DNA of 64,000 nt from positions 2,728,001-2,792,000 of the forward strand of contig OZ365112.1 in assembly GCA_977030845.1 (NCBI GenBank). Reading direction: 5' to 3'. Below are positions 26,339 through 38,785 of the stretch, one piece after another. The stretch comes from Fimbriosthenelais zetlandica. Taxonomy: Eukaryota. A model generated the notes under the pieces. The model did not search any database and was not told the DNA's origin. It was given only the letters and a program-made list of their open reading frames with translations. The first letter of the stretch is position 1, and every line of letters starts with the position of its first letter. Made by a program: the position numbers and the translations under genes.

Positions 26339-26440
26339 GCCTCCCTGCCTCCCTGTTTCTCCACTTCTCTCGCTCCCTGCCTCCCTGACTCTATCTCCCT
26401 ATCTCTTCTTTTCTCTCACCTTTGCCGCCCTCCCCTCTCA
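26270..26440. repeat. (CT)n microsatellite and pyrimidine tract
   Basis: Directly visible. Confidence 0.85.
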
Positions 26441-26539
26441 ACCAACCAACATTATTTTGTTCTACCAAAACTTACTCCGATACCGATACCTTTTCATCGA
26501 TAATTATCTTTTATGATGTGTAATATTGTTGATATATGT

Positions 26540-26617
26540 CTAACCAGTGTCTCATATTATCTTACAGGTAAGCTCCCTCTAGTTAAGACTGTGTGTGCCA
26601 GCAGCCTATCAGTAAGT
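26540..26617 (+). other. Candidate recursive splice site (CAG|GTAAGC at 26567/26568) with a 44-nt RS-exon ending at GTAAGT (26612)
   Basis: Branch-like CTAAC at 26540, then CTCATATTATCTTACAG, then an immediate donor, then a second perfect donor. Confidence 0.5.
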
Positions 26618-26651
26618 AGACCCTTTATATGTTAACCCAACCTTACCTTAC

Positions 26652-26670
26652 CTTGGCCTTGACATCCATA
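26652..26670 (-). other. Candidate 19-nt micro-exon TATGGATGTCAAGGCCAAG
   Basis: Minus strand reads TTTTTGTCTCTCCTTGCAG|exon|GTAAGG: strong acceptor and AAG|GTAAG donor. Confidence 0.4.
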
Positions 26671-27669
26671 CTGCAAGGAGAGACAAAAATTGATACATGG
26701 ATTTTTCTTTCATGCCGTGACTTCTGCTTCCTAAATCTATAGTACTTGAACAGGCTTTGGTTGCGTCTTTCAACTTGAATAGACCTACCTTTGTAATATG
26801 CCTTATGCTTGAATGATCTTGTCTCTGATTTCCACTAAACCGATTTTGGACCGATAACAGAAAAAGACAAATTCGCATTTGTGGAGATTGTCATTGTTGG
26901 ATTCCCCTATCAATGTTCTATGTCTTGCATTCACTAAATGATGTCTCAAGGTAGTAAGATTTTTCTTGCGACACTACTACACAAAAGGTGACGATTGTGT
27001 AATAAAATTTATAAATTTCGGTTGAAGTATCCCAGGTCTTAGGGCCACAGCCACTGATACATTATTCATTGTAACGCAAGCCTTTGCTTTAATAGTAACA
27101 CAAGCTACAGTGAAGCCAGCCCAGTGTTGCCAAAGCCAGATATTTTTATTCCTACCCTATCTAATTCTGATTGCTTGATCGCCTCCGATCAGGACTAACC
27201 CAATCACGAAGATGAAACTTTCTCGGTAACTTTCATTCCATCCGATCTCCCGATTGACCGATCAATCCATTGACAAATCATCTTAGTGCCGATCAGCAAA
27301 ATGATGTAAAACAAAACGATACATTGAAACGTAAGCCTGCCGCCATGTCTTATACCCTTGTACAGGGAGACTTTATAATATAAGGTATCAATATTTTCTG
27401 CGGTGCCTTCACGAGCTGTGACTTTGCCTGTAAGAAGCCACCCCTGTTGATGAAGCCACATAGAAGCTTCTTCTTCTTGTCGTATCAAATTCTGCTGCGT
27501 TTGTCAAGCTTCTGTCTGCGCATGCGTACAGGAAGCATAGAGGCTGACACAGACGGTTCTTCTTTGTTGAGTCACTCACAAAGAAGCCAGATTTGTGATA
27601 TATTAGACATGAGTAGGAAACATTGATAGAAAAAACTTTTTTCTTATCTTCATACCTGGGCCCCACTAA

Positions 27670-27930
27670 AGCCTGGAACACACTAATCCGATTCTCCAAT
27701 CCGTCGCCAACTGATTCCCTATTACTAATGTCATATACAAACTGACTTACCTAGGTGTAAAGGACTGTTCAAATTACAAGCATTTGATGTGATTAGAAAT
27801 ATAGTTTCGGACAGCTATCGTATTGTTGCAATGGAAAATACGTCCTTGGACACTTCGACAACAATTTATAAAGATTACACAAGCATCTTTTTGTCACAAG
27901 TAAAATCTCAGCAGCAGTGCACCGCCTTTA
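27670..27930. mobile_element. MITE family B left arm and core, followed by a family A-like right arm
   Basis: TAA-AGCCTGGAACACACTAATCCGATTCTCC start; ends CACAAGCATCTTTTTGTCACAAG...CAGCAGCAGTGCACCGCCT-TTA. Confidence 0.7.
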
Positions 27931-29919
27931 GTCGTTAAACCGATAAGAGACAGTCCAATTAAGATATTGTTTTTTCCCCCTGTTATCGGTTTAAAATTCC
28001 AGCTTAATCGTGTTTGTAACTGATATGATACTGAACAGATACGATTTTAATGAGTTTATGACACATTTCTTACAGTCTATTGCAATAAATCAGTCCAGAA
28101 TGGCAGGAATTTATGACAAATATCTGATAATGTTTCCCAATAGATCAGTTCTACATAATATTGACCCAATTACTCTGTTTGTATAAATTTCGCTTTAGTG
28201 TTTATCAAATGTGGAATACCTAACACTTTCCTACCATTAAAAAGACCCTACCTTCCTAAGCTCCCTCTCATATCCAAACCTACAGGGCTCTAAAACGCCT
28301 ATTAGACTCTGATATCCTTTTAAACTGGGCCTTCAGGGCCAAATCTATATTTAACAGCGCTAATGATATCTTCAAGGTCTTTATATAAAAGGCCTATTGC
28401 ATGGAACATTTCAATAGGGCAGCGCTATAGTAAGTAGTAGATGGGATTGTGGCTTTGGAGGTGGAGGAGTGAGTGAGTAGGGCATGGAAAGTGGTCATTG
28501 GAGAGGGCTACTTCCATGATGTTTCCCACTAAAATTGATCCACGTCTATTATACTCGGACCTGTTTCATACTGTTTTTATATGGAGATTGGCTCCATTCT
28601 GTCATATGCTTCAGATAGCTTCAAATTCTTGACACAAAATGGCTTCGTCTTCTTATCAAAAAAAAACGATTCTAAATTTTTGACACAAAGTGGCTTCATA
28701 TTCTTCTCACAAAATGACAGCAGAATCTTGACAATGGAGACTGAGTCCATTGTGTGATATGCATTAGATGGCTTCAGAGTCCTGAGCTGCATGGCTTCCG
28801 ATTTTAGAAGACATGATTCAAATTCTTGAGATGGCATAGAGTTAAATTCACAACACTAAATGCCTTCAGATTCTTATGTTGCCTTAAATTAATTAAATTT
28901 GAATGACTTCAAATTCAAAGATGAAATCTCTGGCTACAGCATGTTATATTGAAGCTAGGAATGACTCTATTTATCTGGGTAACTTGATTTATAAGTCACG
29001 GTTGAAATAGTGGTCTCATTTGACTATTTTCATTACTTCCATATTGAACCGGTCTATGTCTTTCCTAATTGTCCAGCTTAATGTGTTTAATGCTTAACAT
29101 AGCACATGGGGATCATTGCAATATGTTAGCCAATACCTGTAGAGCGAGCCCATGTAAAATGAACTTACCACAGCCATGAACTTACCACAGCCATGAAGTT
29201 ACCACAGCCATGACTTGATGGATTATTCAGCTCACCACTCACAGAGGTCGCCTGTGTGCTGCATGTAGTGCCGGGAGGAGGCTACTGGAGGATTAGTACC
29301 TCCCTCACACCACAGGTGGCAGCACCGCCGCTCTCCTCCAGCGCTCTATACCCCACCATTCATACATTGATCTAATATATTTCCCCTCATTCGCCATTTA
29401 TTGGACGCACCGTCCCTTTTACCCCCACCAATCATACCATTCAGCTGCCACTTTTGTAAAAGATTTGTCCGATTCTCCCCAGAAAAAACTGAGTATTGAA
29501 AAAATGTGTCCGAGGAAAATAGTATTACTGCCTGTCGTACAGTGGATTTCTGTCGCTATCCATCTTCTCTCAGCCTTACACTCGTCTATCATGTTTTTTT
29601 TCTTGACTTTCGAAACGTACAGTTCAGGGTCTAGTAATGAAATAAACAGAAAGTTACTGCTCTTTCATCTTCTATCCTATACGTACAACCAAACGTGATT
29701 TACTCAAAGAAGAAAAAACACGGAAAAATATAGAGAAGACCTGGAGTGAAAAAAAGAGAATTGATTAAATTCAAAGTGTATTTGTCTTTCATATCTATCT
29801 TTAGAAGAAGGGAGAAAAGTTTAAAGCACAGACACATGCATATAACATTTAAAGTGAAGCATCATAATGAATCCAAAAGGACATTTCTAATGATATCTAA
29901 CGATTGAACCTTTGTCAGT

Positions 29920-30240
29920 TGCTAGCCTTACCTATGTGTAAAAGTCTGTTCAAATTACAAGCATCTGTTCTTAATAAATATAGTTTCGTACAGCTGTCGA
30001 ATGGGGTCGGATAGAGAATCGGATTAAGGCGGGAATACACTAATCCGATTCTCCAATCCGTCGCCATCCGAACTCCCATTTCTAACGTCATCCTGTGATT
30101 GTAATTTTGTCAGTGGTTAGCCTTACCTAGGTGTAAAGGTCTGTTCAAATTACAAGCAATAGAAATATAGTTTCGTACAGCTATCGGATTGTGCCGATAG
30201 AGAATCGGATTAGTGTGTTTCAGGCTTAAGTCTCCCGGTG
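29920..30240. mobile_element. Full MITE family B (30027-30226) adjoining or nested in the right TIR of an older B copy
   Basis: Older copy core at 29920-30025 ends GAGAATCGGATTA; the inner copy has both TIRs; a remnant GTCTCCCGG follows it. Confidence 0.8.
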
Positions 30241-30448
30241 TGTGAGGGCCTATTAGAGATTCTGAGCATGGTTTGATATAGATGGGTGTAGGTAGATGGA
30301 TGTAAGTTTGGGTCTGTAGCGTCTGGACTGATCTGTCATTATGATGGGGTTTTTTCTCGTGCCTTTCTCTATGCTCATCAGGCAGTCTGTGTATTATTTC
30401 CTTCTACACTCGCTAGGCGGCTCTCATACATCAGGAAATTAGTAGCAA

Positions 30449-31541
30449 TTGATAGCAGCCCCCTCTACCAGGCTAACACAGAACTTCACAACCAGCCATT
30501 GATAGCAGCCCCCTCTACCAGGCTAACACAGAACTTCACAACCAGCCATTGATAGCAGCCCCCTCTACCAGGCTAACACAGAACTTCACAACCAGCCATT
30601 GATAGCAGCCCCCTCTACCAGGCTAACACAGAACTTCACAACCAGCCATTGATAGCAGCCCCCTCTACCAGGCTAACACAGAACTTCACAACCAGCCATT
30701 GATAGCAGCCCCCTCTACCAGGCTAACACAGAACTTCACAACCAGCCATTGATAGCAGCCCCCTCTACCAGGCTAACACAGAACTTCACAACCAGCCATT
30801 GATAGCAGCCCCCTCTACCAGGCTAACACAGAACTTCACAACCAGCCATTGATAGCAGCCCCCTCTACCAGGCTAACACAGAACTTCACAACCAGCCATT
30901 GATAGCAGCCCCCTCTACCAGGCTAACACAGAACTTCACAACCAGCCATTGATAGCAGCCCCCTCTACCAGGCTAACACAGAACTTCACAACCAGCCATT
31001 GATAGCAGCCCCCTCTACCAGGCTAACACAGAACTTCACAACCAGCCATTGATAGCAGCCCCCTCTACCAGGCTAACACAGAACTTCACAACCAGCCATT
31101 GATAGCAGCCCCCTCTACCAGGCTAACACAGAACTTCACAACCAGCCATTGATAGCAGCCCCCTCTACCAGGCTAACACAGAACTTCACAACCAGCCATT
31201 GATAGCAGCCCCCTCTACCAGGCTAACACAGAACTTCACAACCAGCCATTGATAGCAGCCCCCTCTACCAGGCTAACACAGAACTTCACAACCAGCCATT
31301 GATAGCAGCCCCCTCTACCAGGCTAACACAGAACTTCACAACCAGCCATTGATAGCAGCCCCCTCTACCAGGCTAACACAGAACTTCACAACCAGCCATT
31401 GATAGCAGCCCCCTCTACCAGGCTAACACAGAACTTCACAACCAGCCATTGATAGCAGCCCCCTCTACCAGGCTGACACAGAACTTCACAACCAGCCATT
31501 GATAGCAGCCCCCTCTACCAGGCTAACACAGAACTTCACAA
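30449..31541. repeat. 50-bp minisatellite, ~22 near-identical copies
   Basis: Unit TTGATAGCAGCCCCCTCTACCAGGCTAACACAGAACTTCACAACCAGCCA; only one variant noticed (GGCTGACACA at 31471). Confidence 0.98.
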
Positions 31542-31547
31542 CGGGCC

Positions 31548-31680
31548 ATTCCCCCTCCCACCGTCCCTCCCTCCCACCGTCCCTCCCTCCCACCGTCCCT
31601 CCCTCCCACCGTCCCTCCCTCCCACCGCCCCTCCCTCCCACCGTCCCGCCCTTCCCCTTCCCACCGTCCCTCCCTCCCCT
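31548..31680. repeat. 16-bp C-rich repeat CCGTCCCTCCCTCCCA
   Basis: Directly visible, abutting the 50-bp array. Confidence 0.9.
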
Positions 31681-33261
31681 CGGTCTTGATATTCTATCCT
31701 GACATATTCCACAGTCACATTTTTTCAATAATCTAAAATCTTTTGTCCTTTTGGTATATTATGGCCCATTTATTTACTTACTTGCAACTGATTATATCGA
31801 TTGCAAATTGACACAACAGATGCTTTTGGAATTTATAACTTGTACCATGATTTCAATCCCTACTCATAATTTTATTTTAATGAAATTAACCGCTAGGGTT
31901 CCAGGTGAGTGTCAACTACATGAATTTGCCGTATTTGAGTTTTAAAAGAGCGCTTAGATTCAAGGATTGTAAATTAATTTGGAGAAGTGCTGTAAAATTG
32001 TGTGTAGCAGGGTTGGGTGAGCTGGTTTTTATTCTGGCCTCTAGAGGTCAGCTCTGCATGTCGATGATGTACACCCTTTACCAGTGTAATGTCACAAGCA
32101 CCGATGTTACCCAGTAAATACGAGACAGCTAAGGAATGCCCACCAACATAAAATGAGAACCCGTGGGACGGTCTGTGTCATATACGTTATCCCAGTCCCC
32201 ACTCACTCACCACTCTAAAGATAATACCCCCCCCCCCCCCCCCCCTTCATTCACACCACGGACAGCCTGATTACTTGAGCGAAGAAACTTATTTTTTATT
32301 TTTCCACTCGGTGTTTTTTACGCTCGTAGCCTGAGCGGGTGTTGGCGGGAATCTGGCGGGGAGTGAATGGTAGACCCAGGGGACAATGGCTTGTCTCCAT
32401 TCTCTTTATGACAATAGCCACATCCAAGTATTTCACATCATCGAACATGGCTCGGTTTTTTTGCTTTCTACCAAATGCCATTTATCCCTTTCAGGAGAGA
32501 TTGCCCAGACCATCAGATATTTCAGTATCAGTCGTAAAATTGTGGATGAACTTAAACTTGATTTGACTAAGTTTGACTAATATTAAAACTGCACTATAAT
32601 GGATCTATCATGAGTGTTAGGCTTCCCTTTTAAGGACCCTTTTCGTACAAAAATGATGATGATTGACTCAGATTCTAGGCTCGGCATTGGCTGGAAAGAT
32701 CTGGGAATCATACCAGCTTCCAACCACACCGTAAGGTGCTGCATAACCGCTCAGTGGCGCAGAGATAAACTAAATCTGACTCAATGAATGATCAGTGATA
32801 GAGTCACTTTAACTTGACAGTACTACCTGTTTTGCACTGATCCAGACACCAGTTCTAACTAATTAAGGCCTACCATATATCTATAGCACCTTTAACATTA
32901 CAACCCATTAAATGTCTGTACCCCAGCTGTGAAACCCCTAACAGTAAACAAGTCGATGCGCCTTTTATGACTAACTCTGTGTGCACCATGTCATAAAATG
33001 AGTCCTCCCTACCCAACTCTGCCTTCATAAAACGAAGGTTAAATTTTGTGGTTCGGGAGAAGTTCTACAAGCCCCTCCCTAAAATGGTATCCCTGGGGTC
33101 CAGTGGAGGTTTATAGTGCAGAGTGGTCTAGTTCTTGACCTGTATACCTTCCCATCTAACCCGTGAGTTTAGTAAGTTTCCTTGGGTTTTTTTTGTGGGG
33201 GGAGAGATTAGAAGTTATTGTTACAAATAAGCTCACAATGCTCTTGTAACTTCTTCTTGTG

Positions 33262-33422
33262 AGTTTTGTCAATACATAATGTTGCCTGCCGTGCAAAAGA
33301 TATTTCTCTGGTGCAGGTGCTCTAGAACATAGAGCTCTGGAACATAGAGCATGGCCAACTCCCTGAGGCTGAAAATGTTTTGGACAGTTCGGGGATTGAA
33401 CCACTCACCCTTTCATCATTGG
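33262..33422 (-). mobile_element. SINE S1 copy, 5'-truncated
   Basis: Reverse complement reads CCAATGATGAAAGGGTGAGTGGTTCAATCCCCGAACTGTCC...ATGTTCTAGAGCACCTGCACC, matching 14530-14640. Confidence 0.75.
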
Positions 33423-36400
33423 TAATTCAAAGGCTGAACTGGGGCTCATTGAAAAACATACAACATAGTATCGACTAGTAACTATAGAACTGGCATCAAT
33501 ACTGAGTTGCTATGTACCCAATGCCTAACTAGCCTTGTGTCAAAACTGTTTCCTGGGAACATTCACCTCTGGGAATTTCCACCCTAATGCTCCCCTGTGC
33601 CCAAAGTCCCCTTCTAAAATTCAAGTGACAGCAGGCTGAGCGATAATGGGGGACTTTAACGACTTTAGGGAACACTTACTCAGGCGGAGGCAAGAGCTCA
33701 CCTAATTATGCTGAGTCACTATGGGCGATAATAGGATTACTTGACACGGCAAAAACATTCTCCTGTCAGAGACCAGACTGGTCAATGGGCCTTCAGTTTG
33801 CTCTTCTACTTTCCTCCCTCGTAAATTCTCGACTTTAGTCTGTACTTAAACATACGTACTAAGAACAATCGCTCTTCTCACCAAGTGTCATACTCCCTTG
33901 TTTAAATTCTACTTCTGAATACATTTATGTTTCAGTTTCCCTTTTTATATTGACACAATTTTTGTTTTATCAAATATCAAGTAACTATTATACATTTTCT
34001 GATATTTTTTCCTTTCCTGATGACGTCATAAGAAGTAAAGAGACAACCCCCATCAACTCAGAAAAATCTTACCAAATATCATAAATGCAAGTCTAGACTA
34101 TCAAAATAGCAACAGATATTAAATGTGCTATTTAAGAATATAACTCCATGAACCTACAAGCTCTAGGCCTTCTTATCAGACTTAACTGGAGATTTCTTGA
34201 GTTTAATTTCATTCTTGCTCAGCATCTTGGGATCTAAAACGACCCGTAAATCAAGCTGTTCAGGTCCATTCATCATTGTCACAGACTCAGTCCCTACTCG
34301 GGATGCCACTCTCTTCCCTCTCTCCTCTATTGTCTACACTCTCTAAGACATATTGTTGAAAAGCAACCAAACTTGGTGACAGGGTATTCCAGGCATACGT
34401 CGCCCAACAGTTGTCTTTTAATTGGACTCTTTTCCTGTCGAAGCAAAACGTTCATGCTTAAGCATGATTTATAGATGTCGACTGAGAGAAAAAAGGTAAA
34501 TGGAAGGCCGGGAACTGATTGCAAGACACGGCCCCCATTCCTGGTAGAGATTTACTTTATCGGCTCTGGGATAAAGGTGGCAGGAGGCGCCAGGTGGTGC
34601 TGCGGTGCCTAATGAATTGCCACCAGGAGAGATTTAGCGCTGCTGCATGCAGATGTCGCCGCGGAGTGATACTAATGAAAAATCTTTCACCGCCGAGGTG
34701 TCAGGATGCTTACACGCCCTGCAAAGTAGTTCCCTCTGCTAGAAAATGCCTCTTATCACTTATCATTGTTTTTACTTCACTCCTTTGTCGTCTAACTAGC
34801 ACAAAGTATTGAATTGTCAGCATATCACGCCTAGGCTGCCTTATCTCTACTTCACTGCCTCAGCCACTATTGTTTTGCTGATAAAGCTAACGAATACAAA
34901 CACTACAGATTCATTATTTGTAATAAACGTAATAAACCTTGTCTTTTTTGTGAGCAGGAAACTTTCTCTATATCCACAACCTTCCAAAGTTCATTTTGAC
35001 TTCTTTTTCACTTCTCTTTAAGGTCAAGAAAATTGATCAAAATAATGACATATTTTGTATCTAATGACATATCCCGTTGTTTGGATGACTCTATGAGTGT
35101 GTATGAGATATGTTGATATGAGAGACATAATGTAGTGACAAAACAAGAAATAAATAGGACATTGGTATAGGTTAGGGCGAAATAAATCTAGGATAGATAG
35201 AGATACTTTATAAGATAGATAATAGATTTAAGATTGATATAGACAGAGGAAATATGATAGTAGAAGAAAAAAATCGGATAAAAAACAATAAAATAAGAGA
35301 CGAGTAGACGTCTCGCTCGTGGGAATGAGCCAGACTGTACTAAGGTCCCATAGCTGTACCATGATACTGTACAAGCACAGCCTGGTGCTCACTGTCCCAT
35401 ATTAGACCAGACCTTTTTTTATTGTTTGGTTTCCGGAGCCGCCGACGAAAATCTAAAAATGTTTATATCATGGATCTATATATCAATGGTTTTTTTAAGC
35501 AGTTTATATACACTTTTAATGAAGATTTCCAAAAAATCGACCTTATTTTTTGAAAGATGACTATTGTGATTCAGTTTTTTTTTATTCCGCCCGCCCCCAA
35601 TAATTTAGAATTATTTTGTCCGTGAACCCCCCCCCCCCCCCCAAAAAAAATAAATTTGGCCTTATATGTATTAATGGCGTGGGTGGTGGGAGTGATTTAA
35701 GATGGAGCATGTAGCTTGGTAGCTCCTCCATGGGGGGCACTTTACACTTTCCTTATATAGTAAAATGACCCTGGTCAATGGTGCGTGCATGCTGAGGGCC
35801 CGCGTGTCGCCAATAAAATAACTAGAAATAGAATAAATGGTGAAAACACTCAAAGATACCAAAATTATATGAGAAAACTCTTGGTACTAGAAGTAGATTA
35901 AACTCAAAACTAGAGAAGATTAAATTGGGGGATAACAGAAAAATCGGATTAAATGGAATGTCTACCAAAATTAGAAGTTGATTAATAAAAAAAGAAGACT
36001 ACAACTAGATTAAAGGGAAAAACTCGAAGATTAATTGGAAAATCTCTGACAACTAGGAACTGAATGAAAGAAAAAAAACCCCAAAATTTGAAACAGGCAA
36101 AAACAATTTATAAATAGATTAAGTGGAATAATGGAGAATTGAATTATAATTAAAGTATGAAAAACTGTTAGACATTTTCAATGTGAATCATACCATAATA
36201 AAAATAAAGAAAATAATAAATAATTAAAAAAAATACAATGGAGTCGTCTTTATGATACATCCCACTGTACCTCATCTCACTATGTGACCACAAAAAGTAT
36301 ATTAACAAATCTCACAATAAGTTTCCTCCCACGTATAATTAGTCATATTAGTGAGATCACTGTACTGACACCTCATGATAATGAGACCTCGTGTCACACT

Positions 36401-38009
36401 AATCATGTTTATAACATTTCATGTCACACCTGCCTTCTGCATGTCACACCTGTGATAACCACACCTGCCAGTGATGTTTTTTCACACCTCTGTTTTACCT
36501 CACCTGCCTTCCGTATATTCATTAACTCCACAGAGTTACTCCTGTAGGGGGTCCGTATAGCCTTTATAACATGACCTACCTGTAGTTAACTATAGGGACA
36601 TATCTCACAGAATACATGTATGAATTCGCATTACTTTTGTGAAAAACGTTTGCCACACTCATGTCCATACTCCTGCATCTTGGACCTCTAATCGGCGTAT
36701 AGTTAGGCCTAGTAGGGTACAAGTGTTCCCATAAAAATTGTGCGCGATCTCGCGAAAAAATTAATCCCTTACCATCCAATACATCCATACACATTATTTT
36801 TCGTGATTTTGTGTGTGTATTTATATTGAGACAAAACCGTTGTAGAAAAGAATGGGTTATAACATTAGGATCATTGTCGAGCGTACGATAATTGAATCCA
36901 TCTTACAATAAAAAATGATATATTTCAATTGTAGCATTTATTCTGAATAAAACAACTTATTTATAACTAAATATATTGCCATGTTATAAGCGATTAGACT
37001 GGCCCATTGTGTCCATGCTAATCCGGTGGGCCTCCCGCAGTGATATAAGACTTGGCGTCTGATTCTGTGAGATCTACTTTCCCGTGTTTTGTGGCTCCTT
37101 CCCGGCTAAATTCTACAATAAATATCCATGATAACAAAAGCAAACAATGCCAGGGCTATCCTGTGGCATCACATGGACCAGTAAAGCTATATCCTCCCGT
37201 CTTTGTCTCCAATATTTATACCACAAACAGACACAGAGTTGAGACATTCTGCCTTTAGATAAGAGACAATAAAACGGCAATGATTTCCTTTTTTTTTAAG
37301 TCCTTATTCAATTGTTCTTGGTGGGCATTGTCTGCATTTAAATGCATTTAACAATGCACCTAGGCTATACTGAATAATGTGGACCTTTTACCTCCAATTG
37401 CCCATAAGTTAATTTTCACTTTTGCTATATTAATTAAGATTCATTGCATTAATGTTTCCCAAATGCATTTATAAATGGTCTTCTGTCTTATTAGTCTGGG
37501 ACCAATTCACCATTTATTTGTTGATACAATTATCCCTCGTCAGTGAATATTATAATTTATGTTTTTATGTTTTGTATTATGGATTTAATAGTATAATAGG
37601 GCACACTAATTCAAGTTGGCCATTTTCTTCCACTTGTCGTTTCCTTATATCCTATATACTGGATTATACCCCTTCCATATTGGCATCCAATCCTGAGGAT
37701 AGACCATATTCCATACGTTTTCTCTATGTTTCCCATTCCCCTACTTTGCCCCGGTATGAGGGTGAGGGTGAGGGGGTGGGGATTAGACTATGAGGGTGAG
37801 GGGGTGGGATTAGCGGTAATCTGAGGACAGAGATCTGGAGATAATCCCTCAATCTGATCCATTATCTATCCTGCAGGATAAGCCTACCTTTAGCCTTATC
37901 CCAGTCCTCCACTATACATGCGTCTCACTCGGCTTTTCTTTAGTCGTGATATATTGGACAGAGTGAATCTCCCCTCCCTCTATCCCACACGTTATCTTAC
38001 CCTACCCAG

Positions 38010-38216
38010 GGGTGTGTTTCATAAAAAGTAACTTAAAAAATAACCACACCCTATACCAACAAATACGCTTCTTAGCCATTAATGTGATAAGCCAATTCAG
38101 AAGAACTATATTGGAATACCTTATTTCACTTGCAATAATTAATCTATATTTGCCATTTACGCCTTAATTCATTCATTAAAAAAGTTTCCCCTTATGATGA
38201 CTTATGAAACAGCCCC
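38010..38216. mobile_element. MITE with 15-bp TIR and CAG target duplication
   Basis: CAG-GGGTGTGTTTCATAA ... TTATGAAACAGCCCC-CAG; CWG target duplications are known for some Harbinger elements. Confidence 0.7.
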
Positions 38217-38297
38217 CAGAATAACATACTTGCACACTGTATTGATGATAGCAAACAAAACGAAATTGTTTCTCCCTCTATCGTTCTTAGTGAGTAG

Positions 38298-38450
38298 TAT
38301 ATGAAAATGAACCATTGCCACTGGCTATATGCTATGAGAAGTATATGAAAATGAACCATTGCGACTGGCTATATGCTATGTGTAGTATAGGAAAATGAAC
38401 CAATGCCACTGGTACCTCAGAGTAAGTAGTACATGGAATTGAACCTTTGC
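38298..38450. repeat. ~42-bp degenerate tandem repeat, ~4 copies
   Basis: AGTATATGAAAATGAACCATTGCCACTGG recurs. Confidence 0.85.
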
Positions 38451-38785
38451 CACTGGGTGTGGTACTTGGTAGTGTCTTGGAAAGTGGAATGATTTCCAGG
38501 CACCTTTTGTAGTTTTCTTCAAACTTGTTTGCTACATTTGTCATTCATTCAAAGGCTACGTTTTTGTGCCTTTTTTATGGATGATCGTAAAGGAGAGATG
38601 TTCAGTTACTCTATGATGACATAGGCCTGTCTGCTGAACTTGTGAATATACACAAATGCATTCTTCTTAATTTCTCCATTTCTACTTTTACTTTGTAATT
38701 TCTATTTGTGTTAATGATAGTAAAGCGTCTTGTAACTAGTTCCCACCTCGGCCATGGCACGGCACCACTGATTCCCCTCACTTAC

